Source of the DNA: the human T2T-CHM13v2.0 reference genome, Homo sapiens
Length of the DNA: 64,000 nt
Assembly (NCBI RefSeq): GCF_009914755.1
Contig: NC_060940.1
Strand: one strand, 5' to 3'
Positions 59,398-64,000 of this stretch are shown here, one piece after another; the first letter of the stretch is position 1, and each line of letters starts with the position of its first letter. A program made the position numbers and the translations under genes. A model generated the notes under the pieces. It searched no databases and had not been told where the DNA came from. It saw nothing but the letters and a program-made list of their open reading frames with translations.

Positions 59398-60015
59398 AGC
59401 TGGGTGTGCCAGAGGCATCTGAACCAGAGCAACTCCATCCTGAATAGCGACTGGGTAAAACAAGGCTGAAACCTGCTGGGATGCATTCCCAGGAGGTTAA
59501 GGCATTCTAAGTCACACGATAAGCTAGAAGGTTGGCAGAAGATACAGGTCATAAAGACCTTGCTGATAAAACAGTCTGCCGTAAAGAAGCTGGCTAAAAC
59601 CCACCAAAACCAGCGCCATGACAGCTTACAAATGCCATGGCAACATCAGGAAGTTACTCTAAATGGTCTGAAAAGGGGAGGCATGAATAATCCACCCCTT
59701 GTTTAGCATATAATCAAGAAATAACCATAAAAATGGGCAACCAGCAGCCCTTGGGTCTGCTCTGTCTATGGAGTAGACATTCTTTATTCCTCTACTTTCT
59801 TAATAAACTTGTTTTTACTTTTCTGTATGGATTTCCCTCGAATTCTTTCTTGTTCGAGATCCAAGAACCCTCTCTTGGGGTCTGGGTCTGGATCCCCTTT
59901 CAGGTAACAGGTAGTCTCAGCTACCTCAGAAGCTCTCTTGAGCCCAGGAATTTGAGTCCAGACTGAACAACACAGTGAGACCTTCATCTCAAAAAAAAAA
60001 AAAAAAAAAAAAAAA
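59398..60015 (+). mobile_element. Alu monomer split by a MER41 LTR
   Basis: TSD aaaagcaatttaag at 59383-59396 and 60019-60032. The Alu head agctgggtg lies before the LTR and the Alu body and tail after it. Confidence 0.75.
59407..59909 (+). mobile_element. MER41 (MER41A-like) ERV1 solo LTR
   Basis: Starts tgccagaggcatctgaaccagagcaactccatc, ends gatccaagaaccctctcttggggtctg...ggtaaca. TSD-like ggtg/ggta. Confidence 0.9.
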
Positions 60016-60915
60016 TTAAAAAGCAATTTAAGTTTTAACCATTAAGTATACTGCCACAGGGAATACTTTTCCAGTTCTAAAAGTTCCAAAGGAAAAAACA
60101 AGTATACAAGAGAGGGATCAGACTGTTATCACCCTGATTTAATAGTCACCACTATAGTTATCAACCAGATATTGTGTCTTCTGATGCTATTCAAACATCA
60201 GATGTCCATTGATAATGCATTCTGGCCAAAGTATTTCATTGGAACCCATCAAGCATTTAGATCTAACTTCTGATTTACAGAGAACTGAAGGAACAAAGGA
60301 ACTAAAACAACGCCATGAGGGAATAACCAGACAAATCCAAGAGGTGAGACATGCTGCAGGATGTATGGCTTTGATCTTTTCAGCAATCTATGCCATTATA
60401 GAAAGGGGAGTGTGCTAGATTAAAAGAGACTCAAGGATGGAACAACTGGATAATATGTGTAGTATTGAACTCAACTGTGATTTGGACACACAAGCTATAA
60501 CCATTTTGGAAAATTTGAGTATGATCTATATATAAGATAAAACATTTACTAAAATAAATGGGTAGAAATCATCCACTAAAAAGAGTAGGTTGAAAAGCGA
60601 TGTGAGTAAATACAATTGCAGGCTGAGGAAAAAATACAAATATCTATACCTAGGTGTAGAAAAAAATCAGAGTGAGTTTTCACTAAAGGATTGACATGAT
60701 AGTCTCTAGGTAGTTCAACTATTTTTTTTATTTTTAAGTGATTTTTAATTTAACTGTCTGCATTTTCTAATTTGCTATAAAGCTCTGCACTACTTTTGAA
60801 AACTTTTGCCTGTTTTCATCATAAAAACAGGCAAATGTTGTAGACAGTTCAGACAAGTAGATGCACATGACTCTGGATCTTAAACATGTAAAAAGATGCT
60901 TAATCTCATTAATAA

Positions 60916-61255
60916 TGAGACAGCCATGTGGGAGGGGGTCCCTGGAGAATCTCCGGCCAGCCAGCAGACTAGGAGGCATGCGCACTGGGGTGGAGCCACA
61001 GAGGTTCCTGCTGTTTGCAGCGGGGAGGAGCCCGGCCCCTCTTCTTCCTGTGTGCAACCTGGGATTCAAAGCTGCAAGGCAGGAAGCACAGCAGCAGGAA
61101 CTCTGGCCTTGCAGAGTCCCTGTTCCCCCTTTTTTCCCTTTTCACCCAATAAAACCCTGATTTACTCAAGCTTCAAATTGTCTGTGAGCCTAAATTATCA
61201 TGGCTGTGGGACAAGGACTCCATCTTTAGCTAAACTATGGAAAAGTCCTTCATCA
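60916..61255 (+). mobile_element. MER48-like ERV1 solo LTR inserted in an L1M
   Basis: tgagacagcc...gcgcactggggtggagcc...cacccaataaaaccctg...ggaaaagtccttcatca. TSD-like ataa/gtaa. Confidence 0.75.
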
Positions 61256-61569
61256 GTAAGAGATAAGAAAATTTTAAATTATACATACAAAACCCCCCAA
61301 AACCTCAATATCAAATTCCATGCAGTTACTATGAGGGAAAAAAAGATAGTAAGAATCAGAATAACATCCCTGTAGACAATGTAGGCACAAAAGGAACAAA
61401 TCTTGTCCAAAGACTCAGAGCTTCCAATCACCTTTCTAGTGCCCCAAGCATAAATATGAGCCAAACCAACTAAGAATCAGTATAAATCCGAGAAAGCCTC
61501 TTACATAATAAAACCCTAAACAAGCATACAAGGTGAATAAAAAATCACCCTGGAAGAAACAAAGCCTGT

Positions 61570-64000
<2,431 letters not shown>

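Noticed and set aside
60896-61375. 159-aa ORF and overlapping ORFs
   Set aside because: They lie across a GC-rich solo LTR and L1 flanks, with no recognisable domain.

Overview
Human intronic DNA: the human-specific AluYb8 at 34250 identifies the species. The window spans the middle of CFDP1 (BCNT, craniofacial development protein 1) on the minus strand. It holds four coding exons with canonical GT-AG sites and consistent phases: exon 2 (54459-54576), exon 3 (52418-52637), exon 4 (51708-51835) and exon 5 (35832-35951). Exon 1 and the exons encoding the BCNT-C domain lie outside the window. The rest is very repeat-dense. By hand count there are about 75 Alus or Alu fragments (about 70% antisense to the gene), plus old L1M/L2/MIR relics, ERV1/ERVL/MaLR solo LTRs and hAT/Tigger DNA transposons, often nested. 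Most ORFs in the supplied track are Alu or other repeat artefacts. I see no new gene system. The most unusual signals are: (i) an Alu whose left-arm core is replaced by DNA copied from two nearby intronic sites; (ii) an older local templated copy inside an L1MB; (iii) a tailless, TSD-flanked retrocopy of the 5' half of tRNA-Arg(TCT) ending at the tRNA intron boundary; (iv) a young AluYb8 that reused an older Alu's insertion site; (v) splice features that could give CFDP1 forms lacking the BCNT-C domain. Repeat subfamily names come from recalled consensus motifs, not from a search, and old-repeat boundaries are approximate.
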